Shown in pieces: positions 43,081-52,749 of a DNA stretch of 64,000 nucleotides. Positions within the stretch are counted from its first letter, which is position 1; each line of letters begins with the position of its first letter. The notes under the pieces were generated by a model. The model was not told where the DNA came from and searched no databases. It saw only the letters and a program-made list of their open reading frames with translations. Source of the DNA: a virus; IMG/VR virus record IMGVR_UViG_3300045988_072631; one strand, 5' to 3'. A program made the translations under genes and the position numbers.

Positions 43081-43833
43081 GTGATTATGGCAGATACACA
43101 GGTAGCAGTAACAGAGGAAAAGAGAGAAGTATCAAGAAATAAAGTGACGGATTACAGTCTTGGAATTTTTGGAACGTCAGATAACTTCATTATGGCTATG
43201 CAGATGGCAAAAGCATTGTCAAGTTCAACGATAGTGCCACAAACGTTCCAGAGAAATGAAGCGAATTGTCTGATTGCCATTGAGCAGGCACAGAGATTGC
43301 ACGTAAGTCCGCTTATGGTAATGCAGAACCTTAATGTAATCCAGGGAAGACCGTCATGGAGTTCCAAGTTTTTGATTGCTGCGATCAATAACAGCGGAAA
43401 TTTTGATACGGAATTACAGTTCGAGGAGAAGAAGGACAAGGACGGAAAGCCATTTTCTTGCACAGCATGGGTAATGAAGAATGGTAGAAAAGTTGAAGGT
43501 ATGACGGTTGACATGGATATGGCGAGAGCAGAGGGATGGCTTGGAAAAAACGGAAGTAAATGGAAAACCATGCCACAGCTGATGCTTCGTTACAGAGCAG
43601 CATCTTTCTTTTCCAGTCTTAATTGCCCGGAACTGACTATGGGTCTGTACACAAAAGAAGAGATTATTGACGGTGATTTCAAAGAATACAAGATCGAAGA
43701 TGTACAGGAGCAGGCTCATGAAGAGATCGTTAAGAATGCAAATTCTATGGATTTTGAACCGGAAGAAACTGCTGGAACAGTGACTGAACCGGACGGGCAG
43801 CAGGCAATGCCGGAGTTCATGCAGGAGGGATAA
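43081..43833 (+). CDS. RecT/Red-beta-like single-strand annealing protein
   Basis: Sequence pattern and synteny with MBL-fold gene and SSB; start GTG 43081 or ATG 43087. Confidence 0.6.
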   Translation: MIMADTQVAVTEEKREVSRNKVTDYSLGIFGTSDNFIMAMQMAKALSSSTIVPQTFQRNEANCLIAIEQAQRLHVSPLMVMQNLNVIQGRPSWSSKFLIAAINNSGNFDTELQFEEKKDKDGKPFSCTAWVMKNGRKVEGMTVDMDMARAEGWLGKNGSKWKTMPQLMLRYRAASFFSSLNCPELTMGLYTKEEIIDGDFKEYKIEDVQEQAHEEIVKNANSMDFEPEETAGTVTEPDGQQAMPEFMQEG

Positions 43834-43834
43834 G

Positions 43835-44203
43835 ATGAGAGTAATTTCGCAGGATGGAACGATTGATGTTCCGTATGAAAATTTTGTATTTGGAATAACT
43901 TTAGATAATTATATATCGGCGGTTATGGATACAGCAGTAAGACCAACTGAAGTCGTGAATGGAATTATGGCTAAATATTCATCCAGAGAAAAAGCACTGA
44001 AAGTAATGGAATTGTTGAGAGAGACATATGTCGGAATACCTATCGTAATGCAGAATGTTGATGTTTCAGAAGATGTGGCAAAGGAATTTGAAAGATTAAA
44101 TAAATGCGGTGTTATGGTGCGAGCAGAAAATCAGCCGTCAAAAGTAGATTTTATTAACAATGCTGTTTTCCGGTTTCCGGCGGACGATGAGGTGAAAGTA
44201 TGA
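43835..44203 (+). CDS. hypothetical protein
   Basis: ORF, coupled. Confidence 0.45.
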   Translation: MRVISQDGTIDVPYENFVFGITLDNYISAVMDTAVRPTEVVNGIMAKYSSREKALKVMELLRETYVGIPIVMQNVDVSEDVAKEFERLNKCGVMVRAENQPSKVDFINNAVFRFPADDEVKV

Positions 44204-44415
44204 CTCTTAAAGAACGAGTGATCGTAGAAGCCTACACAGGTTACTGTATGACAATAGGCGAGGAAAGAGAAGAACTCTATAAATACATAGCGAATGCTAT
44301 GGGAAGACCGATTTTTTCCCATGAACTTGCAGATGAAGAAATTCTAAGCGAGTTGCACGATAAAGTTAAAACGGATTTTATCAGGCTTTGCAGAGGAGAG
44401 GATGTAGAAGCATGA
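44200..44415 (+). CDS. hypothetical protein
   Basis: ATGA coupling. Confidence 0.45.
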   Translation: MTLKERVIVEAYTGYCMTIGEEREELYKYIANAMGRPIFSHELADEEILSELHDKVKTDFIRLCRGEDVEA

Positions 44416-45134
44416 TTTTAAAAACCGTAGAGAGTGGAAGCTCTGGTAATTGCTATTTGCTCATTGCAAACAGCGGAGAAAAACTAATTCTGGATTGTGG
44501 AGCACTAGCAAAGGAAATTAAGAAAGGGCTGAACTGGGAAATCAGAAATGTTTCCGGGTGCGTTGTAACACATCAGCATGGGGATCATGCGTGCTCAGCC
44601 AAGTATCTTTCTAATATCGGAATACCAGTATTTGCTCCTTGCTTAGGAGATGCTTCTGCAAACTTCAAGGGAGAATGGATTATCAAAGTCTTTGAATTGA
44701 CAACGGTGGATGGCAAATGGACTCATACAAACGGTGATGGTTCTGAATGCCCGTGTTACGGTTTTTGGATTCATCACCCAGAGATGGGGACAATGATTTA
44801 TGCAACTGACACAGAACTGATTAAGTGGAGGTTCAAAAATGTCAATCATATTCTTCTGGGAGTCAATTATGACCCGGAATTATTATCCGGTGACGATGCA
44901 AAGAAAAACCATGTTGTCCGGGGACACATGAGCATTGATACGGCTTGCGAATTTGTGAAAGCCAATGTGTCAGATCAGTTGCAGAACGTTATTATGTGCC
45001 ATTTATCAAAAGAAAATGCAGATGCCGGTAAATTCATCGAAAAGATGAAAAAATCCGTTCCAAACGTCAATGTGTGCGTTGTGGAGCCTGGCATGGAATT
45101 AGAATTAAGGAATCCGGGTGAATGCCCGTTTTAG
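44412..45134 (+). CDS. MBL-fold metallo-hydrolase
   Basis: VVTHQHGDH motif. Confidence 0.75.
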   Translation: MILKTVESGSSGNCYLLIANSGEKLILDCGALAKEIKKGLNWEIRNVSGCVVTHQHGDHACSAKYLSNIGIPVFAPCLGDASANFKGEWIIKVFELTTVDGKWTHTNGDGSECPCYGFWIHHPEMGTMIYATDTELIKWRFKNVNHILLGVNYDPELLSGDDAKKNHVVRGHMSIDTACEFVKANVSDQLQNVIMCHLSKENADAGKFIEKMKKSVPNVNVCVVEPGMELELRNPGECPF

Positions 45135-45150
45135 AAAGGTGGAATGACTT

Positions 45151-45588
45151 ATCAATAAAGTAATTTTAACAGGTAGATTCGCGAAAGACCCTGACGTTAG
45201 ATACTCAAACGGAGAAAAGACAACTGCGGTTGCGAGATTTACTCTGGCAGTAGAACGAAGATTCAAAGGTGATGGAAATCCGACGGCTGATTTTATCAAC
45301 TGTGTAGCATTCGGAAAATCCGGGGAGTTTATCGAAAAATACTTCCGCAAAGGTATGAAAGCTAATATTTGTGGACGGATTCAGACCGGCTCTTATACGA
45401 ATAAGGACGGAAACAAGATCTACACCACAGATGTTCTGGTGGAAGAAATTGAGTTTGGTGAAAGCAAAAGCAGCAATCAGCAGAGCGCAGCTCCGGCTAA
45501 TCCAAGTAATGCAGTTAATCCAATGACTGATGAAAATGGTTTCATGAACATCCCAGATGGAATTGATGAAGAGTTACCGTTTGCGTGA
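45151..45588 (+). CDS. ssb: single-stranded DNA-binding protein (no canonical start codon for the OB-fold part)
   Basis: INKVILTGRFAKDPDVRYS... OB fold and acidic DEELPF tail; the first in-frame ATG/GTG/TTG is only at 45355. Confidence 0.75.
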   Translation: MNKVILTGRFAKDPDVRYSNGEKTTAVARFTLAVERRFKGDGNPTADFINCVAFGKSGEFIEKYFRKGMKANICGRIQTGSYTNKDGNKIYTTDVLVEEIEFGESKSSNQQSAAPANPSNAVNPMTDENGFMNIPDGIDEELPFA

Positions 45589-45604
45589 TAAAGAGGGTGA
45601 GAAA

Positions 45605-46309
45605 ATGAAAAAATTTGAACTTACAGCAGAATGCGTAACAAATATTTTTGGAAAAAAATTATTCAGAATCAAAGCACTGGTAGCATTTGAAAATGTGAAA
45701 GAAGGAGATCTGGGCGGATTCGTGGAGAAAGAATCTAACCTCGCTAATAGCGGTAAAGCATGGGTTTGCGGTGATGCACAGGTCTACGGTGAAGCACAGG
45801 TCTCTGGTAATGCACAGGTTTGCGGTGATGCACAGGTCTACGGTGAAGCACAGGTCTACGGTAATGCACAGGTTTGCGGTAATGCACGGGTCTGCGGTAA
45901 TGCACGGGTCTACGGTGAAGCATGGGTCTACGATAATGCACGAGTCTACGATAATGCACGGGTCTACGGTGAAGCACAGGTCTACGGTGAAGCACAGGTC
46001 TACGGTGATGCACAGGTCTACGGTGATGCACAGGTCTACGGTAATGCATGGGTTTGCGGTAATGCACGGGTCTCCGGTGATCTGGATTATGCAATTGTTG
46101 GAGGTTTTGGAAGTGAGCAGCGGACAACTACATTTTTCCGGCAGAAGGACGGAACAGTAGGAGTGAGGTGCGGATGCTTTTACGGAACACTGGAAGAATT
46201 CAGGGGAAAAGTTAAGAAAACGCACAAAGACAGCAAATACGGACAGGAATACCTGATGATTGCAGATCTGATGGAATTACATTTTGCAGGAGGAAAAGAG
46301 AATGAATGA
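45605..46309 (+). CDS. hexapeptide-repeat (beta-helix-like) protein
   Basis: 18 tandem G-[DEN]-A-x-V-x units. Confidence 0.65.
   Translation: MKKFELTAECVTNIFGKKLFRIKALVAFENVKEGDLGGFVEKESNLANSGKAWVCGDAQVYGEAQVSGNAQVCGDAQVYGEAQVYGNAQVCGNARVCGNARVYGEAWVYDNARVYDNARVYGEAQVYGEAQVYGDAQVYGDAQVYGNAWVCGNARVSGDLDYAIVGGFGSEQRTTTFFRQKDGTVGVRCGCFYGTLEEFRGKVKKTHKDSKYGQEYLMIADLMELHFAGGKENE
45752..46075 (+). repeat. 18 tandem copies of an 18-bp coding repeat
   Basis: GGTGAAGCACAGGTCTAC-type units read directly. Confidence 0.9.
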
Positions 46310-46547
46310 GAATATGGCAGTTAGACCGGACGATAAAGCAAAATTATCAGATGTGATTACACATACAGCGGAAATCTTGGATGGAGTTGAATGCCTTGTA
46401 AGTGATCTTGGGAGCAAACTCTATGGATATGACATGGTTTCATCACCTGCAGAAATGGGAAACTGTATGGAACAGGTACTTGTTACCAATCATGATAGAT
46501 TAGCCGAAATCCGTAACAAGTTGGAGGTTATCTGCAGGAGGCTGTAA
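46302..46547 (+). CDS. hypothetical protein
   Basis: ORF, coupled. Confidence 0.45.
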   Translation: MNENMAVRPDDKAKLSDVITHTAEILDGVECLVSDLGSKLYGYDMVSSPAEMGNCMEQVLVTNHDRLAEIRNKLEVICRRL

Positions 46548-46717
46548 TGGAAATGATCGAAACAAGCTTAAAGCTGTGCAAAAGCTGTAAATACGGCTTA
46601 TACAATGGCACGAACGGCGGAGCAATATGCGATTACATAAGCATAACAAAGCATAGTCGCAAATGTCCGGTAGGGAAGTGCGATAAGTACCAGCCGAGAA
46701 AGAGGAAGAAGAAATGA
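46547..46717 (+). CDS. small Cys-rich basic-tailed protein (56 aa)
   Basis: TAATG and ATGA coupling at both ends; 5 Cys, KRKKK tail. Confidence 0.4.
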   Translation: MEMIETSLKLCKSCKYGLYNGTNGGAICDYISITKHSRKCPVGKCDKYQPRKRKKK

Positions 46718-47619
46718 GAGTTGCGCTGGTTGATGTAGACGGACATAATTTCCCGAGCTTACCGCTTATGAAACTGTCCGCATGGCACAAACAGGACGGC
46801 GATACAGTGGAATGGTATGATCCGCTAACTGCTTGGAAGGACCAGCCGGATCTTGTGTATATGAGCAAGGTATTTACATTTACACCAGATTATCCGCATC
46901 CGGTATCTGGCAGAACAATAGTCAAAGGCGGAACGGGTTATCATTACCCGGACGGGGGCTTACCGTTACCATTTGGTGTAGAGCATATATATCCAGATTA
47001 TAGTCTGTATCCAGATCTGTGCAGAGATACAGCATATGGATTCTTAACCAGAGGATGCCCGCGAGGGTGTGACTTCTGCATCGTCGAGAAGAAAGAAGGA
47101 AAATGCTCTACAAAAGTAGCTGATCTATCGGAATTCTGGAACGGTCAGAAAAATATTGTGCTACTTGACCCGAATATGTTTGCCTGCCGTGAATGGAAAG
47201 ATTTAAGTCAGCAGCTTATTGATAGCGGCGCATGGGTGGATTTTTCACAAGGATGTGATATCCGCCTTATGACTGAAGAAAAAGCGGAATACATCCGGCG
47301 GATGAAAATTAAGCAGATACATTTTGCTTGGGACAGGTACGAAGACCGGGAGAAAATAATTACGAAGTTCAAAATGTTCCAGGAGCTTACAGGATGGGGA
47401 CGCTGGAAAATGACTGTGTATGTTCTGTGCGGATTCAACACAACGATGGAACAGGACTTGGAAAGGATCTATACTCTGCGGGATCTTGGATACAGTCCAT
47501 ACGTCATGATCTATGAAAAATACAAATTAAGACGCGGAGACGACTTACTGCGACTGCAAAGATGGGTAAATTCCAGAGTTACTTTTGCGGCAGTAAAGAG
47601 ATTTGAAGATTACAAATAA
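46714..47619 (+). CDS. radical SAM protein
   Basis: CPRGCDFC (CxxxCxxC) cluster motif. Confidence 0.75.
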   Translation: MRVALVDVDGHNFPSLPLMKLSAWHKQDGDTVEWYDPLTAWKDQPDLVYMSKVFTFTPDYPHPVSGRTIVKGGTGYHYPDGGLPLPFGVEHIYPDYSLYPDLCRDTAYGFLTRGCPRGCDFCIVEKKEGKCSTKVADLSEFWNGQKNIVLLDPNMFACREWKDLSQQLIDSGAWVDFSQGCDIRLMTEEKAEYIRRMKIKQIHFAWDRYEDREKIITKFKMFQELTGWGRWKMTVYVLCGFNTTMEQDLERIYTLRDLGYSPYVMIYEKYKLRRGDDLLRLQRWVNSRVTFAAVKRFEDYK

Positions 47620-47675
47620 CAGAAAGGAGCCGAACCTCCGGCCGGGGTAACGATATATCGGGTTCCTTTTGAAAA

Positions 47676-48665
47676 ATGATTCAGATTTTAGAATTGTTCG
47701 GCGGTATTGGATCTCCGCGATGCGCCTTGCGCAACCTCGGGATCCCTGTAAAAGCCATCGACTATGTGGAAATAGATGAAAAGGCAGTCAGAAGCTATAA
47801 CGCAATGTTTGCCACTGACTTGCCATACAAAACGCAAAGTGTAGTCGGTTGGAATTTGAAGCCAGATATCCTGATACATGGCAGTCCGTGCCAAGATTTT
47901 AGTATTGCCGGTAAACAGAAGGGCGCAGACGAAGGATCAGAAACACGGTCAAGCCTTATGTGGGAGACAATACACATTTTATTGCAGATGGGTGCATGGA
48001 AACCAAGGTATGTCATCTGGGAGAACGTGAAGAACGTGCGGAGCAAGTACATGGTACACAATCACAACAGATATATGTCTGAAATGGAAAAAATGGGATA
48101 CACCAGTAGCTATGAGCTTCTGGACGCAAGAGATTTCGGACTCCCTCAAGCAAGACAAAGATATTTCACGGTGTCTGCACTCGGGACGGAATATTTTGAT
48201 TTTTCTGATCTGATACACACACCAATGCGTAATATAAAAAATTTCCTAGAAACAGATGTGCCAGACTACTACGTGGTAACACAGCCAAGCATGTTGCGGA
48301 GAATAGATGGGTTATCTGACTATGACGGGAGCTTCAAAGGGAGAGTGCCTGTAATCAGAGATTATGCAATGACAATAACCTGCAAACAGATGCGCAGTCC
48401 GAACAGTGGGGTTGTGGATATTGGGAATGGGAAATACAGGTATCTTACAGAACGGGAGTGTTGGAGAATCCAAGGCTATACCGATGAAGATTTTGAAAAT
48501 GCAAAAAGAGTGCATCCAGGGAAAGAAAATTGTCTGAACGGTGCACTGTATAAGCAGGCTGGAAACAGCATACCTGTCCCGATCTTTGAAAGCCTGTTCC
48601 GTAAGATAATTCTCGGAGAAACAGAGAAAATTGAAGATCAGACCGGTCAACTCCGGTTCGCGTAA
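47676..48665 (+). CDS. dcm: DNA (cytosine-5)-methyltransferase
   Basis: FGGIG, GSPCQDFS, ENV, QARQR, GNSIPV motifs in order. Confidence 0.9.
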   Translation: MIQILELFGGIGSPRCALRNLGIPVKAIDYVEIDEKAVRSYNAMFATDLPYKTQSVVGWNLKPDILIHGSPCQDFSIAGKQKGADEGSETRSSLMWETIHILLQMGAWKPRYVIWENVKNVRSKYMVHNHNRYMSEMEKMGYTSSYELLDARDFGLPQARQRYFTVSALGTEYFDFSDLIHTPMRNIKNFLETDVPDYYVVTQPSMLRRIDGLSDYDGSFKGRVPVIRDYAMTITCKQMRSPNSGVVDIGNGKYRYLTERECWRIQGYTDEDFENAKRVHPGKENCLNGALYKQAGNSIPVPIFESLFRKIILGETEKIEDQTGQLRFA

Positions 48666-48694
48666 CTGCCGGAGCTGTGGAAAGGAGAAGGAGT

Positions 48695-48868
48695 ATGTAC
48701 TGTAATGGAAACTGCGAATTTCTGGATAAAAAACGCAAGAAATGCAAAGCGGACGGAAAGATTATTGCAGTTATGAAAGTGAAAGGAAAGCCCCTTTCCT
48801 ATGACTGCTATGAGCATAGAGTAGGCTGCGTGAAAGACATGGAGGGAGAAGATAATGGAGAAACTTAA
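48695..48868 (+). CDS. small Cys-containing protein
   Basis: AAGGAGAAGGAG RBS. Confidence 0.4.
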   Translation: MYCNGNCEFLDKKRKKCKADGKIIAVMKVKGKPLSYDCYEHRVGCVKDMEGEDNGET

Positions 48869-49034
48869 ACCGTGCCATTTCTGCGGAAAAACACCAAGAA
48901 TCGAACATTGGTCAAGTGGAGGAATGATGTATATGGTAAAGTGTAACAATCCTGATTGTCCTGTGCCGGTAGTGTCTTATCCGGCAGGACATAACCTGAG
49001 TGAGGTAATTTCCGAATGGAACAGGAGGCAGTGA
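48855..49034 (+). CDS. Lar-like restriction alleviation protein (59 aa)
   Basis: LKPCHFCG...MVKCNNPDC...EVISEWNRRQ. Confidence 0.6.
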   Translation: MEKLKPCHFCGKTPRIEHWSSGGMMYMVKCNNPDCPVPVVSYPAGHNLSEVISEWNRRQ

Positions 49035-49300
49035 TGAGCGGTAAATATGTAAGAGCAGATGATGTAATGGAACTCATAAATACTTCTAATCGTGGAACCT
49101 GTGATTATTTTATCGTAGATCAGATTGAAGAATTATGCAGATCAGAAAAAATATACGATCTGGACAAGGTTGTGGAGCAGTTAAAAGAGGAAAGAGAAAA
49201 TGTTGGCTTTGTGAAAGCCACAACGGAAGCGAGTGCTTATATTCGGGGGATCAATGATGCAATCAAGATTGTGAAAGGCGGTGGAGTAGATGGAAATTAA
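49034..49300 (+). CDS. hypothetical protein
   Basis: TGATG coupling. Confidence 0.45.
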   Translation: MSGKYVRADDVMELINTSNRGTCDYFIVDQIEELCRSEKIYDLDKVVEQLKEERENVGFVKATTEASAYIRGINDAIKIVKGGGVDGN

Positions 49301-49952
49301 ACCGATTTTATTCAATACCGAGATGGTGAGAGCAATTCTGGATGGACGCAAGACCTGTACCAGAAGGATTGTTAAAGATGGCATTCCGGATGATGCGATG
49401 TGGGGATATAAAGCATTTACTCCTAAAGGATATATATCTTGTAGAGGGGTGTATGCCGATGGATACGGCGAAGGATTTTACAAATTGCCATATCAACCGG
49501 GCGATATCCTCTATGTCAGAGAAACATGGCAGTATCTATATGAATTGGATGGAAATGAACAGGTCATTGAGGATACGGGAAAATATTATTATGCAGCAAC
49601 AGATACAATCCCGTTCGATACATATGTTGATGAAAATGGAGTGAAACACGATCATGCGCCGTGGCGACCATCCATCCACATGCCGAAAGAAGCGGCGAGG
49701 ATATGGCTGAAGGTTACGAATGTACGGGTGGAGCGGTTGCAGGATATCACTGCTGATGACATCCGCAGTGAGGGACTTTCTTCTATTGCAGTTCATGCTG
49801 GAAATATGGAGATTGCATTGAAAGAATGGAAAAAACTTTGGAACAGCACCATCAAGAAATCTGATCTTGACCGCTACGGCTGGGATGCGAACCCGTGGGT
49901 CTGGGTGATTGAGTTTGAGCGGTGTGAGAAACCGCAGGAGGCAGAAGAATGA
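49290..49952 (+). CDS. ASCH/PUA-like domain protein
   Basis: ILFNTEMVRAILDGRKTCTRR N-terminus. Confidence 0.5.
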   Translation: MEIKPILFNTEMVRAILDGRKTCTRRIVKDGIPDDAMWGYKAFTPKGYISCRGVYADGYGEGFYKLPYQPGDILYVRETWQYLYELDGNEQVIEDTGKYYYAATDTIPFDTYVDENGVKHDHAPWRPSIHMPKEAARIWLKVTNVRVERLQDITADDIRSEGLSSIAVHAGNMEIALKEWKKLWNSTIKKSDLDRYGWDANPWVWVIEFERCEKPQEAEE

Positions 49953-50200
49953 AATACACAATTGAGACAACAGAAGACGGATGGGTTGAAACGTTGGAGA
50001 TAAGCGGTCAGACCTATGCGAAAAACTGGAAGAGACGTAGCAATGGTTACTATCGGTGCGAAGAGGGAGATTTTACTGATCGAATGATTACCGATGGCTA
50101 TGCCCCGGATTATCTGGAAGAGGAGCTGTATAGCGTTTTAGACGACAATCCAAACGGATTGGATATGCATAATTTAGTGCGTGATTATTTGGAGGAATGA
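49949..50200 (+). CDS. hypothetical protein
   Basis: ATGA coupling. Confidence 0.45.
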   Translation: MKYTIETTEDGWVETLEISGQTYAKNWKRRSNGYYRCEEGDFTDRMITDGYAPDYLEEELYSVLDDNPNGLDMHNLVRDYLEE

Positions 50201-50661
50201 CTATGAGAGAGATTCTTTTCCGTGGGAAGCGGATTGATAACGGCGAGTGGGTAGAAGGTTATTATGTAAAAGCACTGGATATGTATGATAAGGAAATACA
50301 TACAATTTTTGATACAGCGACAACTTTTTACTCATGTGGAGAAACATCCGGGTTTGAATTAGTAGATCCAGAAACTATCGGTCAATATACAGGATTTACC
50401 GATAAGAACGGTAAGAAAATATGGGAGAATGATATTATTTCATACCAAAGAGACAATGATGATTGCCCGTTTCCGAATAAGGATACGAAGAAAAGACTTG
50501 GGAAAGTATTCTATCAAGGTTTTAGATCGACTTTTGCTATTTGCATGGGAAGAAATGGAAGTAGATCTATAAATGATGATTTGTGGAAATACGTTCGGAA
50601 TGGAAATCGAGTTGAGGTTATCGGAAACGTATTTGATAACCCGGAATTGTTGGAGGTGTAG
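50197..50661 (+). CDS. YopX-family protein
   Basis: REILFRGKRIDNGEWVEGYY... pattern. Confidence 0.7.
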   Translation: MTMREILFRGKRIDNGEWVEGYYVKALDMYDKEIHTIFDTATTFYSCGETSGFELVDPETIGQYTGFTDKNGKKIWENDIISYQRDNDDCPFPNKDTKKRLGKVFYQGFRSTFAICMGRNGSRSINDDLWKYVRNGNRVEVIGNVFDNPELLEV

Positions 50662-50662
50662 G

Positions 50663-51064
50663 ATGAAAAGATTAACACAAACAAGCGACAAAGGAGGAGT
50701 TGCTTTTACTTTTGATTTGACCATATCCTGTGAGCCGAATGAAGCTAAGAAGATTTTGAAAGTAGCTGAGAAATTAAAACAATACGAAGATCTGGAAGAG
50801 CAGGGAAGGCTGCTGCGGTTGCCGTGCAAGGTGGGAGATACAGTTTATGTAATACATTATATAGATAGACGCTATGTAATTTGCTCACACGTTATAAGCA
50901 AGTTTGTTATAATGCCATATCGTTTTCCAAGAGTACAGATTTATTTTGAAAAAGAGAACGGGTTTATAACAAGTGATTTCGAAGGACAAGTAAATGAGAA
51001 TTTATTTTTAACCAGAGAGGAAGCCGAAGCCAAGCTGGCAGAAATGGAGGAAAGCCATGACTGA
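50663..51064 (+). CDS. hypothetical protein
   Basis: ORF, coupled. Confidence 0.45.
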   Translation: MKRLTQTSDKGGVAFTFDLTISCEPNEAKKILKVAEKLKQYEDLEEQGRLLRLPCKVGDTVYVIHYIDRRYVICSHVISKFVIMPYRFPRVQIYFEKENGFITSDFEGQVNENLFLTREEAEAKLAEMEESHD

Positions 51065-51389
51065 GAGTGAAGCAATTAAAGCATGTAATACAATTGTTTA
51101 CGCAGCATTATCAGGCATCCAAAGAGCGCCGCTTAACATGACCAAAAACGAACTTACAGAAGCAATAAAGATGGCGATCAAAGCGTTGGAAGGGGTAAGA
51201 GTACTTCAGGATCGCATTGTAGATGTATCCCTTCTGTTGGGCGAATATATGGCAATCGGTACGCCGGAAGAATGCTTGCGGAATAAAGATTTCTTGGATT
51301 TCCTTTCGGACAAGATGGATCCTGACGATTTTGAGATGTATTTACACATTTATAATTCACTGGATGAGAAAGGAGACAGCCGTGACTGA
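51057..51389 (+). CDS. hypothetical protein
   Basis: ORF, coupled. Confidence 0.45.
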   Translation: MTESEAIKACNTIVYAALSGIQRAPLNMTKNELTEAIKMAIKALEGVRVLQDRIVDVSLLLGEYMAIGTPEECLRNKDFLDFLSDKMDPDDFEMYLHIYNSLDEKGDSRD

Positions 51390-51810
51390 GAATGAAGCAC
51401 TCGAAAGCGCATTGAAAAAAATAATCGCACAGGAAAAGTCTAATTGGGGATATATAGAAAACTTTGACGTTGATGAGAATTGGGCGGTAAGAACAGCTAT
51501 TGAACATGTGAAGCAGTACAGGAAGATCGGAACAGTAGAAGAACTGAAAGCAACATCCAAATATCTGCAACTGGCCAAGAAACATGGAACTGTAGGAAAA
51601 GCTATTGAGGCATGTGCAGAATATGAAGGAATCGGAACGGTGGAAGAATGCCGGGAAGCTATGGAGAAACAGAGAAGGAAGCTTGTGAAAAATCAATATG
51701 GAACAAACTATGTTTTGAAAGCTGGTTATTGCCCTATATGTGGCTGCGGAGTTACAGCAAGGTGGGATTATTGCCAGTGCTGCGGGCAGAAGTTGAACTG
51801 GCAGGTATAA
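51382..51810 (+). CDS. hypothetical protein with C-terminal zinc ribbon
   Basis: GTG start overlapping the previous stop; CPICGCG...CQCCG. Confidence 0.45.
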   Translation: MTENEALESALKKIIAQEKSNWGYIENFDVDENWAVRTAIEHVKQYRKIGTVEELKATSKYLQLAKKHGTVGKAIEACAEYEGIGTVEECREAMEKQRRKLVKNQYGTNYVLKAGYCPICGCGVTARWDYCQCCGQKLNWQV

Positions 51811-51812
51811 CT

Positions 51813-51947
51813 ATGGACGATGATTATGACTATTGCTATGAATGCACCGGATACGGTGATAACTACTACGAAAATGAGGACGGAGAGATGATTTGCAGGT
51901 GTTTTGAATGCCCCTTTTTTAATAGCGGAGGTGATTTTTATGAATGA
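51813..51947 (+). CDS. small Cys-rich acidic protein
   Basis: CYEC...CRCFEC. Confidence 0.4.
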   Translation: MDDDYDYCYECTGYGDNYYENEDGEMICRCFECPFFNSGGDFYE

Positions 51948-52125
51948 TGAGACAAAGGAAGAAATCAAAGTGGTTCTTGAACTGTTAAGACATACGATTA
52001 TAGAGAATGGTGTGAGCATGGGAAACAGTGGGAAAAAACTGTTATTTTTTAGCACAGATCACTATGTGGCTACTGGAAAATTTGATGGATTCAGTGTGGA
52101 AATGGAGAGTTTGGTGAAGTGGTGA
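51940..52125 (+). CDS. hypothetical protein
   Basis: ORF, coupled. Confidence 0.4.
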   Translation: MNDETKEEIKVVLELLRHTIIENGVSMGNSGKKLLFFSTDHYVATGKFDGFSVEMESLVKW

Positions 52126-52337
52126 AGATAATCTTTTTAGTTATGATTGCAATATTCTGGTTAAGTATTTCGATTGCCGCCTCCATTATGATAGGGAAAG
52201 AGCAAATGCTTTGGTATAGAAAAACAAAGGAAATATCAGAATTGGTTCTCATGACATGCATGCTGTTGGGGTATAATATATGCTTTTTTCTTATTTTTTT
52301 AGTATGTATTTCATCTGGACTTGCCATATTTGAATGA
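52119..52337 (+). CDS. small membrane protein
   Basis: Two hydrophobic spans. Confidence 0.4.
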   Translation: MVKIIFLVMIAIFWLSISIAASIMIGKEQMLWYRKTKEISELVLMTCMLLGYNICFFLIFLVCISSGLAIFE

Positions 52338-52352
52338 TGGAGAAAACAAAAA

Positions 52353-52748
52353 ATGTCACGAAATAAAGAGGAACGAGCAAGAATGGAGGGTATGGCACAG
52401 GCCCTTAGAATTGCCAAGGCAAAAGGTGTTGAAGGACTTGAGGAAGAATTGCGAATGCGGAATATTGTTGATCTTCCGTGTGCCGTCAGCAAGGCTACCA
52501 TGAATGAATGCATTATGCGGATAAAGAACAACACAGTTGATACAGTCACTATTTTATCGGCATATATTCTTCACGAAAAATTTGGTTTTGGGAGAACAAG
52601 ACTAGACAGATTTATTCATGAATTTAATTTTCAAGCAGAATGCCTTATGGATGATTACTGTACATGGGACGACCAAATCGAAGTTCTCCGGAAAGAATGC
52701 GGACTTAATCTTGAAATTAGAAAAAATGATAAGGATGTGAGAATTTAA
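52353..52748 (+). CDS. hypothetical protein
   Basis: ORF. Confidence 0.45.
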   Translation: MSRNKEERARMEGMAQALRIAKAKGVEGLEEELRMRNIVDLPCAVSKATMNECIMRIKNNTVDTVTILSAYILHEKFGFGRTRLDRFIHEFNFQAECLMDDYCTWDDQIEVLRKECGLNLEIRKNDKDVRI

Positions 52749-52749
52749 G

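Noticed and set aside
45659-46225. Three long ORFs (two minus-strand, one plus-strand alternate frame) across the hexapeptide repeat
   Set aside because: They are artefacts of the 18-bp tandem repeat keeping all frames open. Only the frame with an RBS and a non-repeat N- and C-terminus is credible.
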